Shown here: positions 59,510 through 64,000 of the stretch, in pieces | Layout: the number at the start of each line of letters is the position of its first letter | How positions within the stretch are numbered: position 1 is the stretch's first letter | From: the human T2T-CHM13v2.0 reference genome, Homo sapiens | DNA length: 64,000 nucleotides | Reading direction: 5' to 3' (one strand) | Assembly: GCF_009914755.1 (NCBI RefSeq) | Contig: NC_060931.1 | Made by a program: the position numbers and the translations under genes | The notes under the pieces: model-generated | What the model was told of the DNA's origin: nothing | Seen by the model: only the letters and a program-made list of their open reading frames with translations | Databases searched by the model: none

Positions 59510-62260
59510 TACACCTTTGTTGCAGGTTTGGTCCTGGACAAACTTAATAAAGCAAATATCACAATAAAGCAAGTCACACAAATTTTTTTGTTTCCCAGTG
59601 CATATAAAAGTTATGTTTATACCATACTGTAGTCTATTAAGTACACAATAGCATTATGTCTTAAAAAAACAATGTACATCTCCTAATGCTATCCCTCTAA
59701 TGTAAATGACAAGTTAATGGGCGCAGCACACCAACATGGCACATATATACATATGTAACAAACCTGCATGTTGTGCACATGTACCCTAGAACTTAAAGTA
59801 TAATAAAAAATACATTAAAAAAAATGTACACATCTTAACTAAAAATACTTCATTGTTAAAAATGCTAACAATTGTCTAAGCCTTCAGCGAGTTGCAATCT
59901 TTTTGTTGGTGGTGTTTTATCTCAGTGTTGACGGCTGCTGGCTGATGAGGGTGGGTGGCTGATGAAGGTTAGGGTGGCTTTATCTTAGACAATGAAGTTT
60001 GCCTCATCAATTGATGCTTCATTTCATGAAAGACTTCTCTGTAGCCTGTGATGCTGTTTGATAGCATTTGGCCCACAGTAGAACTTCCTTCAAAATTGGA
60101 GTGAATCCTCTCAAACTCTGCCAACTGTTTTATCGACTAGGCTTATGGAATATTCTACATCCTTTGTTGTCATTTCAACAATATTCACAGCATCTTCACC
60201 AGCACTAGGTTCCATCTCAAGAAACCACTTTCTTTGCTCATCCATAAGAAGTGACTCCTCGTCTGTTTAAGTTTGACCATGAGTGCTGCAATTCGTCATG
60301 TCTTCTGGCTCTGCTTCTAATTCAGGTTCTTCATTCCATCTGCAGTGACTTCCTCCACTGAAGTCTTGAATGCCTCAAAGTCATTCATGAGGTTTCGCAT
60401 CAACTTCTTCCAAACTTCTGTTAATGTTGATATTTTGGCTGTCTCTCATAAATCACGAATATTCTTTATGGCATCTAGAATGGTGAACCTTTTCCAGAAT
60501 GTTCTTGACGTACTTTTCTCAGACCCATGAGAGAAATCGCTACCTATGGCAGCTATATAGCCTTATGAAATATATTTCTTTTATCTTTTTGTTTTGTTTT
60601 GTTTTTTAAGACAGTGCCTTGCTCTATTTCCCAAGCTGGAATACAATGGTACAATTATAGCTCACAGCACCCTTGAACTCCTGGGCTCAAGGAATCCCCC
60701 ACAGCTCAACCTCCCAAACAGCTGGGACCATAGGCATGTGCCACTATGCCCAGCTATTTATTTTATCTTTCTTTTGTAGAGATAAGGTCTCACTATGTTG
60801 CCCAGGTTAGTCTCAAACTCCTGGCCTCAAGCAATCCTCCTGCCTCGGCCTCCCAAAGTGAGTCACCGCACCCAGCCATGAAATGTATTTCTTATATAGT
60901 AAGACTTGAAAGTCAAAATTACTCTTGATCCATGGGTTGCAGAATGGATGTGTGTTAACAGGCATGAAAGCAACTTTAATCTCCTTATCCATCTTGATAA
61001 GAGTTATTGGGTGACTAGGTCCATTGTCAATGAGCAGTAATAGTTTGAAAGGAATCTTTTGTTCTGAGCGGTAGGTCTCAAGAGTGGCCTTAAGTTAGTC
61101 AGTAAATCATGCTTTACACAGATGTGCTGTCATCTAGGCTGTGTTGTTTCACTTACAGAGTGCAAGCAGAGCCAACTTACCATAATTCTTAAGGGCCCCA
61201 GACTTTTCAGAATGGTCCATGAGCACTGGCTTCAACTTCAAGTCACTAGCTTCATTGGCCCCTAACAAGAGAGTCAGCCATCCTTTGAAGCTCTGAAGCC
61301 AAGCATTGACTTCTCTAGCTGTGAAAGTCCTAGATGACATCTTCTCCTAGAAGGCTGCTTCATCCACACTGAAAATCTGTTGTTTAGTCTAACTGCCTCC
61401 ACCAGTGATCTTACCTAAATCCTCCGGATAATTTGCTGTTACACCTTGTACTTCTATGTACGGAGAAGCTTCTTTCCTTAAATCTCAAGAACCAACCTCT
61501 GTTAGCTTCAAACTTTTCTTCTGCAGCCTCCTTACCTTTTTCAGCCTTTAGAGGATCAAACAGAGTTAGAGCCTTGCTCTGGATTAGGCTTTGGCTTATG
61601 GGAATGTTGCAGCTGATTTAATCTATCCAGACCATTCAAGCTTTCTCCATATCAGCAACAAGGCTGTTTTGCTTTCTTATTATTCATGTGTTCGTTGTGG
61701 TACTACTTTTAATTTCCTTCAAGAACTTTTCCTTTGCATTCACAACTTGGCAATCTATTTGTTGCAAGAGGTCAGCTTTCAGGCTCCCTTGGCTTTTGAT
61801 GTGTCTTCCTCACGTAATCATTTCTAGCTTTTGACTGCAAGTGAGAGACATGCAACTCTTCCTCTCACTTGAGCACTTAGAGGCCACTGCAGAGTTATAA
61901 ACTGGACTAATTTCAAAATTCTTGTGTCTCAGCAGATGGGGAGCCCTCAGGAGAGGGAGAGAGACAGGAGAACGACTGGTGAGTTGAGCAGTTAGGACAC
62001 GCACATTTATTAAGTTTGCCTTTGTATATGGGCAGAGTTTGCGGCACCCCAGGACAAATTACAATAGTGACATCAAAGGTGACTGATCACAGATCACCAT
62101 AACAGATATAATAATAATGAAAACATCAGAAATGTGAGAATTACCAAATTGTGACAGGGACACAAAGTGTCGACAGACTTACCTAAGGAGGGCTACCATG
62201 AGCCTTCCATCTGTAAAAAGCGCAGTATCTGCAAAGTGCAATAAAATGGGGCAGGCGTAC
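59510..62260 (-). mobile_element. Near full-length, degenerate Tigger1 DNA transposon interrupted by an L1 fragment and an AluJ (about 60590-60880)
   Basis: Both subterminal regions are recognisable; ORF 61149..61340 (SRTF..LTLLLGANEASDLKLKPVLM.HSE..ALKNY) resembles the Tigger1/pogo DDE transposase. Confidence 0.88.
59678..59820 (+). mobile_element. Very short L1PA 3' end with a 5' inversion
   Basis: ctaatgtaaatgacaagttaatgggcgcagcacacc...ccctagaacttaaagtataataaaaaa; TSD aaaaa(c)aatgtaca. Confidence 0.9.
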
Positions 62261-62335
62261 ACCTGTGTTTTGGATCCTCATATCTTATGTCAGTTATAAC
62301 TTCTCCAGTTCATGACTTGTTGTTTGATATTTTTA

Positions 62336-62729
<394 letters not shown>

Positions 62730-63589
62730 TCACGTGTATATATTTTAAGATGGAAGATTTAAGAAATTGTTCCCGTCACTAAAAGGCATTATGTTACTCT
62801 TCCATGTTGTCTTCTAATAGTTTTAAGGTTTTGTTTTTCACATTTAAGACCATGTGTTCCTGGAGGTGTGTGGTGGGGAGGCGTGGGGTGTGTATGTGTG
62901 CAGGAGACATGAAGGCAGACAAGAGTGTCCCAACCCACTGTTACTCACAGTGTGGTCCACAAGCTTTTTGTTATGGGTCTGCAACGAGACAAGGTTCTTG
63001 AACCAGTATGGAAATCAACATACTCCCTTTTCAGAGAATAGGCCATGCTAAAATTAAAAATTAAAATTATAAAAACTAGACAGCATGCTCTATGAACAGT
63101 CAATTCACATGCTCGTGTAAGTTCTTTATTTTGTCTTAACTGGAAAACAAGCGTTTGCAGAGTGGCACATTCTGTGGCACTATGTGGGCAAAGGATGTGG
63201 GATCTGCACATGGTTTTGGGGTTGGAGGCAGAGGGGCAGTACTAGGAATGCAGCCCACTGGAGAACACAGAGAAAGACAGCATGTCTGGAAAGGAACAGA
63301 AAAAAAAAATATTTTTAAACTCTAAAGTAGAGTCAGAGAAATGTAGGAGACCAGACCATGCAAGGCTTAGAAGCCGCAATGCTGAGGACACTGAGCAAAT
63401 GCAGTGAGAAGCCACTGAAGAAGCTATTTAAAAGCATGGGAATGACAGGATCTGAAAAATGGTTTTCAAAAATACCTCTTGCTGCTGTGTGCAGAACAGG
63501 CTAATGGGGGCAAGAGGAGATGTAGAGAAATCAGTTATGAGGTCACTAGAGTTGAACTTGAGATGACAGCGGCTTAGAGTGGTGTATTT

Positions 63590-63755
63590 AGCACTTTGCT
63601 CCTCAAGAGTGTGGTCAGCGGATCTTTAGCATCACCCGGGAGTGTTTTGGAAATGCAGCATCTCAGGCCCACTCAAGACCCTACGGAGTCAGAAACTGCT
63701 ATTACCATGACCCCCAGGTAATTCATGCACTCATTCAAGTTTCAGAAGCACTAGC
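63590..63755. mobile_element. MER5A-like hAT MITE
   Basis: agcatcacccgggag...gaaatgcagcatctcaggccc...ccccaggtaattcatgcac..caagtttcagaagcact. Confidence 0.75.
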
Positions 63756-64000
63756 CTGGGATTTACTTTAGGGAAATTCACATGGTGATATCAAGTATGC
63801 AAATGGATAATCCGAGCCTGAGATAAACCTGCAAACGTGAAGAGGAGAAGCCAGGGAGACATGGGAAAACCAGGAACGGGAGGTGACAAGAAAACAGAAA
63901 ATCGGTCGGTACTGGGGAAGGGTCGCTGTGCTGAATGACTCCGAGAGACCAGGCACGTGCAGGCTGGAGAGGCCCTGCTGGCATGCACGTTTCTCGTGGT

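Noticed and set aside
59510-62260. Possible domesticated TIGD-like transposase gene
   Set aside because: The transposase is fragmented by stops and frameshifts and interrupted by L1 and Alu insertions

Overview
Human (primate) genomic DNA containing most of the coding body of KIAA1549 (recognised from its protein sequence; chr7q34 from recall) on the minus strand. I resolved 13 consecutive GT-AG coding exons, conventionally exons 2-14, between 50337 and 437. Their phases join into one uninterrupted reading frame: a mucin-like S/T/P ectodomain, a repeated folded module, a single TM helix and a cytoplasmic tail. Exon 1 and exons 15+ lie outside the window, and exon numbering comes from recall of the reference gene model. 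The introns are rich in Alu, L1, L2, LTR (MER21/MER4/MST/MLT1) and DNA transposon (Tigger1, MER20, MER5) remnants, plus a U6 retrocopy. The most striking unexplained structure is an 80-bp inverted copy (75/80 identical) of exon-2 coding sequence in intron 2 (46361-46440 vs 47978-48057). It could fold the pre-mRNA into a long exon-intron duplex that spans the exon-2 donor and covers an in-frame cryptic donor. Other highlights are a tandem exon-pair duplication in the ectodomain, an intron-8 in-frame ATG, a Z-DNA/CA-repeat beside a weak exon, multi-level nested transposons and a tiny twin-primed L1. Repeat subfamily names and repeat boundaries were assigned by eye and are approximate.
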